DNA of 64,000 nucleotides from a virus. Positions 46,713-56,000 of this stretch are shown one piece after another. The translations under genes and the position numbers were made by a program. The stretch lies in the IMG/VR virus record IMGVR_UViG_3300025769_012879, positions 77,046 to 141,045 of that record; one strand, written 5' to 3'. How positions within the stretch are numbered: the stretch's first letter is position 1; each line of letters starts with the position of its first letter. Below the pieces are notes generated by a model that saw nothing but the letters and a program-made list of their open reading frames with translations, had not been told where the DNA came from and did not search any database.

Positions 46713-47966
46713 ATGTTCGTAGATTTTTCATTAAAAAGTAAAATATCATTATTTGTTTGTATTTTCATTATGTCTTGCTATTTTGTTATGCAAGTCATGT
46801 TAGAGGCAGGCGTGCTTCCTTTGACTCACCATGTGATTCACTTTGGAACCGCCTGCATTTCTTTATTTATCATGCCTTTCGGTGTTATCTTAATGGAGAT
46901 AATAGGAAGGTATCAAAGCGATAAAGTAAAGAAAAAAGCATTAGAAAGAATTTTAGATGAATCCTGTCTTGTTTCACGAACAGACCGCCAAGGCAGAATC
47001 ACAGAAGTAAACGATAAGTTCTGCGAGGTTTCAGGTTATTTAGCACAGGAACTCTTAGGACAAGACCACAAACTCCTAAACTCAGGTTTACAACCCCGTT
47101 CTTATTGGGGAAACATGTATACTGTAACAGTCAAGTACAAATCTATTTGGCATGATATTGTGACCAACCGAGCCAAAGATGGTAGTTTATACCATGTAAA
47201 GACATGGATTATGGCGAACTTTGATGACCAAGACAAACTCACAGGTTTCCTTTCAGTTAGACAAGATGTAACCAACCTTGTAGAAACACTACAACAAATT
47301 GACAAAAAGAACGACTATCTGGAACATGCCGCAAAGATTTTACGACACGACATGCACTCAGGCATCAACACTTATCTACCAAGAGGTATCAAGTCCCTAG
47401 AAAGACGCCTAGAAAAGAAACCAGAGGTTGCAAAGCAGTTAAACCTATCCATGCCCCTAAAACTAATAAAAGACGGTCTGGCGCACACACAGAAGGTTTA
47501 TAGCGGTGTCTTTGAGTTTACCAACTTGGTTCGCAAAGATGCTTCTCTCAATAGAAAACCCCACGACACAAAAGAAATTTTGAGAAACTACTTGAGTTTG
47601 ACTTCTTACTCTGATCAAGTTGTTATTGACGGAAACTTACCAGTTTTGGAAGTAAATGAAGCACTTTTCTGCACAGCAATCGATAACATGATTCGCAATG
47701 GTCTAAAGTACAACGACTCAAAAACAAAAATGATCATGATCAAAATGGTAGATGATGAGACCCTTGCTGTAATAGACAACGGCAGAGGAATGTCTCAAGA
47801 AGAATTTGAAGAACTTTCAAAACCTTATCTCAGAAAGCAAGACCAAAAAGAGAAAGGCACAGGATTAGGACTATCTATTACAACCGCCATTTTAAAAGAG
47901 CACGGTTATGAAGTTTCTGCGAAAAAACAAGAAACAGGAACTATGATGAGGATAAAAATAAAATGA
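46713..47966 (+). CDS. Membrane PAS-domain sensor histidine kinase
   Basis: Two TMs; PAS (TDRQGRITEVNDKFCEVSGY...NRAKDGSLY); H-box LRHDM; N-box NMIRNGLKY; DNGRG; GTGLGL. Confidence 0.92.
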   Translation: MFVDFSLKSKISLFVCIFIMSCYFVMQVMLEAGVLPLTHHVIHFGTACISLFIMPFGVILMEIIGRYQSDKVKKKALERILDESCLVSRTDRQGRITEVNDKFCEVSGYLAQELLGQDHKLLNSGLQPRSYWGNMYTVTVKYKSIWHDIVTNRAKDGSLYHVKTWIMANFDDQDKLTGFLSVRQDVTNLVETLQQIDKKNDYLEHAAKILRHDMHSGINTYLPRGIKSLERRLEKKPEVAKQLNLSMPLKLIKDGLAHTQKVYSGVFEFTNLVRKDASLNRKPHDTKEILRNYLSLTSYSDQVVIDGNLPVLEVNEALFCTAIDNMIRNGLKYNDSKTKMIMIKMVDDETLAVIDNGRGMSQEEFEELSKPYLRKQDQKEKGTGLGLSITTAILKEHGYEVSAKKQETGTMMRIKIK

Positions 47967-48394
47967 TTAACTCTATTCTATTAGTTGATGACGAGAACCT
48001 TTTCCATCTTGTCTTTGAGGATGCTTGCTCTCTATTAGACATTACACTAGATTTACAGAGCATTTCATCATCAGACGAAGCAGCAAAGATGTTTGAGGAT
48101 TGGAGAGGACACCCAGAAGATAAACCAGAGTGTGTTTTTGTTGACCTAAACATTATTGGTTCATCTTTTGATGGTATTGAACTTATTCGTAAGATTAACT
48201 TTGAGTACGGCAACGGAGTTGTTATTGGCATCATCTCATCTTCAACTGACGAATCAGAAATAACAAAAGCAGTTTCAGCAGGTGCTCAGTTTTGGATTGT
48301 AAAGTCAGATGAAATCGAACCACGCCTTGAAGAGTTCCGTAGAGATTATGCGGGGTACAAAGACAGAAAAGCACCATTCAAGGTCTACAAATGA
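47963..48394 (+). CDS. Stand-alone response regulator (receiver only)
   Basis: ILLVDDE, VFVDLN, DGIEL, ISSS, WIVK; no output domain. Confidence 0.9.
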   Translation: MINSILLVDDENLFHLVFEDACSLLDITLDLQSISSSDEAAKMFEDWRGHPEDKPECVFVDLNIIGSSFDGIELIRKINFEYGNGVVIGIISSSTDESEITKAVSAGAQFWIVKSDEIEPRLEEFRRDYAGYKDRKAPFKVYK

Positions 48395-48948
48395 AACTCT
48401 CACAAGAAATGAAGTCGGCATTGTTAGACCTTGCCGAGAAAAGAAATATTTATCTTGAAGGTAATATTATCAAGGTAATAGACCCTGACAGCGATGAAGA
48501 GTTCGCTGGATACCTAACAAAAGCAAAAGAGCAAGACACCGACAACCGAAAGAAAAGGTTGGAGATAACCAAGCAAGTCCAGCGACAATACAAAGAACTC
48601 CTTGAGGAAAAAGAAAAAAATGACACCCTCATGGATGAACTCAAAGAAGCACTTGGTGCTGCTGAGGAAGCAAAGAAAACAGCACAGAATGACTTAGACG
48701 TGCTGCAAAAGCGCACGCAGTTTGAACTCATAGGCAAGATAGTCAATGTTGCTCTGTGGGTCATTATGGGTGTGGGAGTGACAACTACTGCCCTCTACAT
48801 GTTCGCTATGATTACGAAGTTTGATACAACTCTAATTGGCAACGCTTGGTCAAACTTATTCGGCATCCTTCTCACTAACTCCTTCAGTATTATAGGAACT
48901 ATCATGGGTGTGAAGTATGCGAGCAACGACTCTAAAGAAAAGACTTGA
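48391..48948 (+). CDS. Coiled-coil protein with two C-terminal TM helices
   Basis: ATGA-coupled to the receiver gene; two hydrophobic segments. Confidence 0.75.
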   Translation: MKLSQEMKSALLDLAEKRNIYLEGNIIKVIDPDSDEEFAGYLTKAKEQDTDNRKKRLEITKQVQRQYKELLEEKEKNDTLMDELKEALGAAEEAKKTAQNDLDVLQKRTQFELIGKIVNVALWVIMGVGVTTTALYMFAMITKFDTTLIGNAWSNLFGILLTNSFSIIGTIMGVKYASNDSKEKT

Positions 48949-48973
48949 CATAGGATCCAAACTAACATATAAT
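48945..48973 (+). promoter_or_regulatory. sigma70-type promoter for dut
   Basis: TTGACA-N17-TATAAT. Confidence 0.85.
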
Positions 48974-48996
48974 GTGTGCTGCAAGTAGGAGGAAAA

Positions 48997-49452
48997 ATGC
49001 TTCTAAAAGTAGCACGAACACACAACATGGCAAAGTTGCCAAGCAGGGCAAATCCATCTGACGCAGGTGCAGATGTTTTTTATTGCCCAACAAAAAATGT
49101 ATTTACTGAATTGCAGCCGGGTGAATCCGCTGTACTTCCAACGGGATTGAAGGTTGAGGTTCCACATGGATATATGTTAGAGGTCAAGAACCGTTCAGGC
49201 ATGGCGGCAAAGAATAGTTTGGTTGTCGGTGCTTGTGTTGTTGATTCAGGTTATTCAGGTGAGATTTTTGTAAATCTACACAACATCGGTAATACGCCAA
49301 AGACCATCGACATGGGTGATAAGATTGCACAACTGGTTCTAATTCCAGTTGTTCAGTGGCGTAGTTTTCCGGTAGCGGAAGAAATGCTTTATGTTGATCC
49401 TCTTACGATCTCAGATCGTGGAGATGGAGCATTAGGCAGCACAGGTAAGTAA
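48997..49452 (+). CDS. dut: dUTPase
   Basis: DAGAD, RSG, VVDSGYSGE, GDKIAQL, RGDGALGSTG. Confidence 0.95.
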   Translation: MLLKVARTHNMAKLPSRANPSDAGADVFYCPTKNVFTELQPGESAVLPTGLKVEVPHGYMLEVKNRSGMAAKNSLVVGACVVDSGYSGEIFVNLHNIGNTPKTIDMGDKIAQLVLIPVVQWRSFPVAEEMLYVDPLTISDRGDGALGSTGK

Positions 49453-49958
49453 TGAAAGACATACAGGACTATCTAATAAATTTTATTGAAAAAGAACAAG
49501 AAATTTTTAATGGATTTCCTGTATGTCCTTTTGCAAGAAAAGAAAGAATAGAAAACAAAATAAAATATGTTGAATGTTCATTTACAAACATCGATACAGA
49601 AAAAGTGATAGGCGAGACGCTTGATTGGTTAGAAGGCGACTACTCAACACTTCTATATGTTGATAATAGTGATTCAAGTTATATCCAAACAAACCACTTT
49701 AATAGATGTATTGATGCTTTAATGGATAAGAAAAATGTAATTACTTTTCTTTTTCACAAAGAAAGTAAAAGAAAGTTTGGTGGAATATATACCAGACGAT
49801 CACCAAGACCATTTATTATGGTCGGATATAAAAAACAGATTGGGAAAAAGAAAACCCAACTACTAAAAACAAAATATTACGATAAATTAACAGACAAAGA
49901 ATATGGTGTCCTGAATTCAAAGGAGAGGAAACGTGGGAAAGATAAAGCAGATAATTGA
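49452..49958 (+). CDS. Hypothetical protein
   Basis: GFPVCPFA motif. Confidence 0.6.
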   Translation: MKDIQDYLINFIEKEQEIFNGFPVCPFARKERIENKIKYVECSFTNIDTEKVIGETLDWLEGDYSTLLYVDNSDSSYIQTNHFNRCIDALMDKKNVITFLFHKESKRKFGGIYTRRSPRPFIMVGYKKQIGKKKTQLLKTKYYDKLTDKEYGVLNSKERKRGKDKADN

Positions 49959-50097
49959 AAAAATAAAAACAGACGAGGACCTCACAACACAAGAGGTCTT
50001 GACAAAGTACCCAGACCTTGCTATACTATTAGAGCAAGAAGAACAACAGGAGAAACTAAATGAATCAAAAGACGGACGAGTTCTTCTCAAAAGTTGA
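49933..50097 (+). CDS. Unannotated 54-aa protein
   Basis: AGGAGAGG then GTG; MGKIKQIIEKIKTDED...KLNESKDGRVLLKS. Confidence 0.5.
   Translation: MGKIKQIIEKIKTDEDLTTQEVLTKYPDLAILLEQEEQQEKLNESKDGRVLLKS
49999..50027 (+). promoter_or_regulatory. sigma70-type promoter
   Basis: TTGACA-N17-TATACT. Confidence 0.8.
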
Positions 50098-50290
50098 GAA
50101 CAAGTATGAAGTCAAAATTGGTCGTGTAAGGCGGTGTCCTATTTGTAAGGCAGAAGGAACACCAATGCAAGGCAATGGAATGGTTATGGAACATCGAGTA
50201 GAGGGTGCTAAGGGTATCGTTTTTCATCGCTGGTCTTATGGCACAGGACGCCTTGTTCAATACGAATCAAGTGATACAAATGTTTTGTGA
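50060..50290 (+). CDS. Small Zn-ribbon-like protein
   Basis: CPIC...H...H; AGGAG RBS. Confidence 0.55.
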   Translation: MNQKTDEFFSKVENKYEVKIGRVRRCPICKAEGTPMQGNGMVMEHRVEGAKGIVFHRWSYGTGRLVQYESSDTNVL

Positions 50291-50526
50291 TGAATAAAAA
50301 AATTACCGTTTTTGTTGATGACTCAGAACAATCGCGTCAGGTTTTAGGTTTTATTGTAAAAAATGGAATCACTCACGACTTGGTAACAGACCAAGATATC
50401 GTGAATAAAATAAAAGAGGCATTAGACTTTGAACCACCGATTATTCTGTGTCATGATGAAGACACTAACGAATATTCTATTTTAGAGAATAAAAAAGAAT
50501 TAATGGAGATTAAAAATGGAAACTGA
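50287..50526 (+). CDS. Glutaredoxin-fold-like protein lacking CxxC
   Basis: KITVF....EQSRQV..F...GI; PPII. Confidence 0.35.
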   Translation: MMNKKITVFVDDSEQSRQVLGFIVKNGITHDLVTDQDIVNKIKEALDFEPPIILCHDEDTNEYSILENKKELMEIKNGN

Positions 50527-50788
50527 TAATAGGCAGCAAAAGATGGCAGAGTATATTCAATCCCTCGCCGCTATTGAGGATTGTATGCGTCCTTACCGTG
50601 AGTCCCGCAAGGAACTACGCAAGAACTTTATTGAGAACGATTGGTTGGATAAGGACGAGATTTCCCTTGCAACAAAGGCATATCGTATGTGGGAGCAGCA
50701 GATTGACTTTGATGACTTTGCTAAGATTTTTGAAGCAGTAGAGACAAGTTTTATTGATAAGGAGGATAAGGATGACTCCACTCAATAG
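50516..50788 (+). CDS. Small coiled-coil protein (T4 dsDNA-binding DsbA-like?)
   Basis: YIQSLAAIED...KELRK pattern. Confidence 0.4.
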   Translation: METDNRQQKMAEYIQSLAAIEDCMRPYRESRKELRKNFIENDWLDKDEISLATKAYRMWEQQIDFDDFAKIFEAVETSFIDKEDKDDSTQ

Positions 50789-51041
50789 GTCCTTGCTTGT
50801 AAATGTCTTGGAGCAAGAAGAGGAAAAGCAATCCGCTTTTTATTTGCCTGATGATGTTGTAACGGGTACGAAACCGTTTGAGGTTGTGGAGATTGTTGAC
50901 GTATCCTTAGAATCAAAGTTTGTGGATAAGTTAACTCCAGGCGACAAGATTGTCGTTGAGGGTCACATGCTTCGTAAGATTAATGTGTTTGGCGAGACAG
51001 CAACTTTGATTGAGGATAATTACGTTTTAGCAAAAATGTAA
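50772..51041 (+). CDS. groES: Co-chaperonin GroES
   Basis: MTPLNRSLLV...FYLPD...PGDKIV...LIEDNYVLA. Confidence 0.75.
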   Translation: MTPLNRSLLVNVLEQEEEKQSAFYLPDDVVTGTKPFEVVEIVDVSLESKFVDKLTPGDKIVVEGHMLRKINVFGETATLIEDNYVLAKM

Positions 51042-51889
51042 TGCCTAAAAAGATTGTTGAAATACCTTACGAAAATATCGTTGTTGGGTCGGACGTAAGA
51101 GCACTGTTGTATTCTTTCACTAAGGGTATGACGTGCTTTTACGTCCATCAGGATAAGATAGAACCAATTGTCCAACCAACTAATCAATTTGTCTTAGATA
51201 ATTTCTGTGCAGATGAGAATATCGCAAATGAAAATAAACAAGAAAAGTTTTTAGAAACTGATAAATTAGAGTTCTTTTTGCGTTATATTCTAAATCTGGA
51301 TGGCAAACTTTATCAGATAAACCGGGACAACTTACGATATACAGATGGTAATTTAACTCACAAAACAAATAAGACAGAGTTTGTCTTACAACCTGAGAAC
51401 ATTCATCTTTTCGACAACATAAAACTGAATGGTGCAAAGCACAAACAAGCACAAAGATCTTGTGTGGTTGAGGATCATTTCAGGACAAACGCAAAGTCGA
51501 TGGATAAAACTTGGTTTCGTGGTCACGATCCATTTTTAAATTTTGTTCATATCGATGGTAAAGTTTTGAAGTCAAGGTTTTATCTAAAAGATGATAAGGG
51601 TTTGAATGACTTTGATAATAGTACAGTGACAATCCGTTATATGTTAGATGAGTTTCTAACTGGCAACGAAGAGATTACACTAACCAGAGATTATTATAGA
51701 AGTTTGAAACCAAAGTTAGAGAATAGAATAATTGTATCAGATTATAGATACAAGACAGAAGAAGAGAATATTACTGTAATAGAAGAGAGTTTAGATCAGT
51801 TATGTCAGAAACCAATACTGCCTCAGCGGGAGTCATATCTTTACTACCTAACAAAAAGAATTTTGGATTTGATTGGCACGACTGCTTGA
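51041..51889 (+). CDS. Hypothetical protein with Rossmann-like N-terminus
   Basis: YENIVVGSDVRALLY. Confidence 0.5.
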   Translation: MPKKIVEIPYENIVVGSDVRALLYSFTKGMTCFYVHQDKIEPIVQPTNQFVLDNFCADENIANENKQEKFLETDKLEFFLRYILNLDGKLYQINRDNLRYTDGNLTHKTNKTEFVLQPENIHLFDNIKLNGAKHKQAQRSCVVEDHFRTNAKSMDKTWFRGHDPFLNFVHIDGKVLKSRFYLKDDKGLNDFDNSTVTIRYMLDEFLTGNEEITLTRDYYRSLKPKLENRIIVSDYRYKTEEENITVIEESLDQLCQKPILPQRESYLYYLTKRILDLIGTTA

Positions 51890-52692
51890 TGCCAATAAAT
51901 CACGACTTTACGCTTTTAGATTTAGCAGTTTATGAATGCGCCTGTGCTGGCGTCAAATCGATTTGGATCTCAATAAACGATGATTGGGCACCTGTCGTAA
52001 AGAAACGCCTTAGAGATTACGTCATGGACCCTGTATGGCAGAAAAGGACTATGGACCCAATGCCATATCAGAACAAGAGATTGATCCCAATCTTTTTGGT
52101 TCCATGCCATGCAAGATATTATAATACGAGAGATAGTGAGGGTTGGGGATATATTAACGCTGCCCTTTATGCTTCATTATCAGCGAGAAGGATTAGCAAC
52201 TTCCTAATACCAGATGTGTTTTATGCGACATCACCTTACGTTGTTTATGAACCAAGTTATATTTCAAAGTTCAGAAAGATTATCAAAGACAAAAAAAGGT
52301 TTATGTTTGAGAGTGATGGCAAGAATTTTCTGAACGATAGTCATCATGCTTTTACTTTTCTAAAAGAAGATATTAAAACTGTTCGCAAATATATTAATGA
52401 TAATGCAACGATGCGATACACAAAATCAGAAGAATATGAACAAACGGGCGAAGGCAGATTACTAAAGCAGTTGCCAAAAGAAGAAAGGTATAGTGGAAAG
52501 AAGTTTGGTCTCAACGATTTATTCAGTCATTTAGATGAAAAAGATTATCATAAAGAACAACTCAATTGGAGTTATACGATGAATGGTTGGGAAGATTACA
52601 GGGAATATATGCGAGACGGCAAAGAATTTAAGAAACCAAGTTTATTAGAAAGAAAAAGTATTTATAAAATTTATGGAGACGAAGATGATTGA
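51802..52692 (+). CDS. Degenerate nucleotidyltransferase-fold protein
   Basis: CLMPI...LLDLAVYECACAGVKSIWI resembles the NTP-transferase N-terminus. Confidence 0.5.
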   Translation: MSETNTASAGVISLLPNKKNFGFDWHDCLMPINHDFTLLDLAVYECACAGVKSIWISINDDWAPVVKKRLRDYVMDPVWQKRTMDPMPYQNKRLIPIFLVPCHARYYNTRDSEGWGYINAALYASLSARRISNFLIPDVFYATSPYVVYEPSYISKFRKIIKDKKRFMFESDGKNFLNDSHHAFTFLKEDIKTVRKYINDNATMRYTKSEEYEQTGEGRLLKQLPKEERYSGKKFGLNDLFSHLDEKDYHKEQLNWSYTMNGWEDYREYMRDGKEFKKPSLLERKSIYKIYGDEDD

Positions 52693-52855
52693 TCCTCAAG
52701 AGGAATTACAAATTTTAAGAGAAATGAATAGAGAGTTAATGGAAGAGAATGAACACCTCCGCAATCAAGTCAGGGCGTTAGAAGAACTTGCAATCGACGT
52801 CAAATCTGGTTATAATTGGGACATGAATGAGCACGAATTCATGGAGGACGATTAG
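52685..52855 (+). CDS. Small coiled-coil protein
   Basis: GGAG RBS; heptad pattern. Confidence 0.55.
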   Translation: MIDPQEELQILREMNRELMEENEHLRNQVRALEELAIDVKSGYNWDMNEHEFMEDD

Positions 52856-52856
52856 A

Positions 52857-53087
52857 ATGAATAACGCAGAAATTTACGAGATGATCCCCTTTCAAGTGTT
52901 GGAGAGGGTTGGTTTTCCAACAAACTATATTCAATTAAGTTTAGATCAAAAGTTTTTTGTAGATTGTGTCTTTAATAATTCACGCGATATCTTTAGTGAG
53001 AATTTGCGTATGCAAGACAAGATCTACCATCTAGAAGATAAGGTAGCAGACCTACAACACGAACTCAACAACCTAGCAGGAGAATAA
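52857..53087 (+). CDS. Hypothetical protein
   Basis: GGAGG RBS; coupled to dnaE. Confidence 0.55.
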   Translation: MNNAEIYEMIPFQVLERVGFPTNYIQLSLDQKFFVDCVFNNSRDIFSENLRMQDKIYHLEDKVADLQHELNNLAGE

Positions 53088-56000
53088 TGAGTAACCAAAT
53101 TAAATTTGTGGGATTGCACGCCCACTCTGTTTTCAGTGTATTTGATGGACTTGGATATCCACAAGACCACATTGATTATGCTATTGAGAACGGCATGGAC
53201 GCCTTGGCACTAACAGACCACGGCAACATGAACGGACTTTCTTATCAGGTGCTTCACTCAAAGAAGTTGCAGAAAGAAGGCAAAAACTTCAAACCAATCT
53301 TTGGCATTGAAGGATATTTTATTGATTCCATCTCAAAGTGGAAGGAAGAAAAAGAAGAAATCGACAAAAATAAAAAGGGTCGAAAGAAGAAAGAAGAGAA
53401 TAGCGCAGTAGTTATTGAAGACGAGGAAGCAACAAAACGGCAGGAAAAGAACATTCTAAACCGTCGTGCTCACTTGGTTTTGTTAGTTCAGAACCAAACT
53501 GGTCTAAATAACTTGTTTACTTTGGTAAGTAAGTCGTTTGACCCAGAGAACTTTTATCGTTATCCCCGCATTGATTTTGATATGTTGCGGGAACACAATG
53601 AAGGTATTATTGTATCTTCAGCGTGTATGGGTGGTCCTTTGTCGAAGGATTACTGGAACAACCGGGAGGAAGGTGATGACGCTGTACAGCGGGCGATGGT
53701 CGCAACAATTGAAAACTTTACCTCTATCTTTGGAGATAGATTTTACGGTGAACTTCAATGGAACGCAATCCCAGAGCAACACGAGATTAACAAACACATT
53801 ATCCGCGCTGCTGAAAAGACCGGCATTAAACTTATTTCAACGGCAGATAGTCACTACCCTCGACCAGAGTTGTTCAAAGATCGAGAACTTTATAAGCAAC
53901 TTGGATGGTTGGGTAAATCTAAACCAGACTACGCAGAATCAACACTCCCAGAGAGCAGAAAGGAACTAAAGTATGAACTTTATCCAAAGAACGGCGACCA
54001 AATGTGGGATGCTTACAAGACTTATTCAAAACAATGTGGGGTAGATTATGATGATGACTTTATTCGTGAAACAATTGAGCGCACTTATGAAATCGCTCAC
54101 AGCCGTATTGAATCTTTCTATCCCGATGCTACTGTTCGCTTACCTGATTTTGTTGTCCCTGACGGAAAGTCGCCTGATGAAACGCTACGAGACTTATGTT
54201 TTGAAGGTCTTAAGCAAAAGGGGTTGGATTCCAAAGATGATTATAGTAAACGACTCAAAGAAGAACTCGGAGTAATTCAAGACCGAGGTTTCTCAAAATA
54301 TTTCTTAACAATGAAGGCGGTTAGTGATGAAGCAATTAAAACACAATTGGTTGGTGCCGGTCGCGGTAGTGCTGCTGGTTCTCTTGTTGCTTATGTACTT
54401 GGTATTACTGGTATTGATCCCATCGAGTATGGTCTCCTCTTTAGTCGATTCCTTAGAAGAGATGCTGTCGATTATCCAGATATCGATTATGATGTTGCTG
54501 ATCCGATGGTACTGAAGGAGATCCTTATTGATAAGTGGGGCAAAGATGTTGTGGTTCCAATTAGCAATTACAACACACTACAGTTGCGTTCACTAATCAA
54601 AGACATCTCAAAGTTCTACGGTGTTGACTTTACAGAGGTAAACCGTGTAACTTCTGTGATGCTAAAAGAGGCAACTCCGATTGCAAAGAAAGCGCACGGA
54701 ATTACAGCAGGAGTTTATGCTCCAACATTTGAAGAGGTAAAAGAATACAGTGAGACACTTAAACAATTTCTTAGAAAGTATCCGCACATCGCTACCCACG
54801 TTGACAACCTTTATGGTCAGGTTCGATCTATCAGTCGTCACGCTGGCGGCGTGGTTATTGCTGACGGATTGAACAAACACATGCCGCTAATTAATAGTGG
54901 TGGTGTACAACAAACACCATGGAGTGAGGGACAAAATGTTAGACACCTTGAACCTCTTGGATTTATTAAATTTGATATCCTTGGACTCGCAAGTCTCAGA
55001 ATGGTGGAGGGTGCTATCAGTCATATTCTTCGCAGGCACCATGGGATTAAGGAACCTTCGTTCGCTGACATTAAAAAGTGGTATGACGAGAACTTAGAAC
55101 CTAATGTTCTAAATCTAAACGACCAGAAGGTTTACAAGAATGTTTTCCACCGTGGCAAGTGGGCAGGAGTATTCCAGTTTACAGAGAAAGGAGCACAAGG
55201 TTTTTGTAAGAAGGCAAAACCAGAGTCAATCATTGACATTTCTGCTATTACATCGATTTATCGTCCAGGTCCACTATCGGCAAAGGTTCACAATCACTAT
55301 GTAAAAGCAAAGCGAAACCCAATGAGTGTGAAGTATTTGCATCCTTTGGTAAAAGAAGTAACTGAAGAGACTTATGGATTCTTAATTTTCCAAGAGCAAA
55401 TTGCGTTGCTTGCTCACAAGTTGGGCAAAGATCTATCACTTGACGAAGGTAACATGCTTCGCAAACTATTAACTAAAAAGGGAACGGGGAAAGGCAATGA
55501 AAAGAAAATGGCAATCCACAAAAAGTTCATTGAAGGTTGCGTTGAGAAAGGCATCAAAGAAAGCGATGCACAAACACTTTGGCAAACATTTGAATACTTT
55601 TCAGGATACGGTTTTAATAAGTCCCACGCTGTATCTTACAGCATTCTTAGTTACCAGTGTGCCCATCTTCTTACTTACTATCCCGTTGAATGGTTGGCAG
55701 CATTTCTCGACAAGGAACCAGAAGGACGAAAAGAACAAGCAATCAACATTGTACGAAGTCTTGGATATCGAGTAAAACGTCCTGATATTAACGAGTCAGG
55801 TCAGGTCTGGGAGATTAGCGAGACGGAAAAGAAAACTTTGGTTCAACCTTTGACTTCCATCAAAGGTCTTGGAGATAAGGCAGTTGAGCAGATCTTGCAG
55901 CACCGACCTTTTAATACACCAGAGGAGTTATTGTTTAATGAGGATGTTAGTTATTCCAAACTAAACAAGAAAGCATTAGACGTTTTAACTCGTTCGGGTG

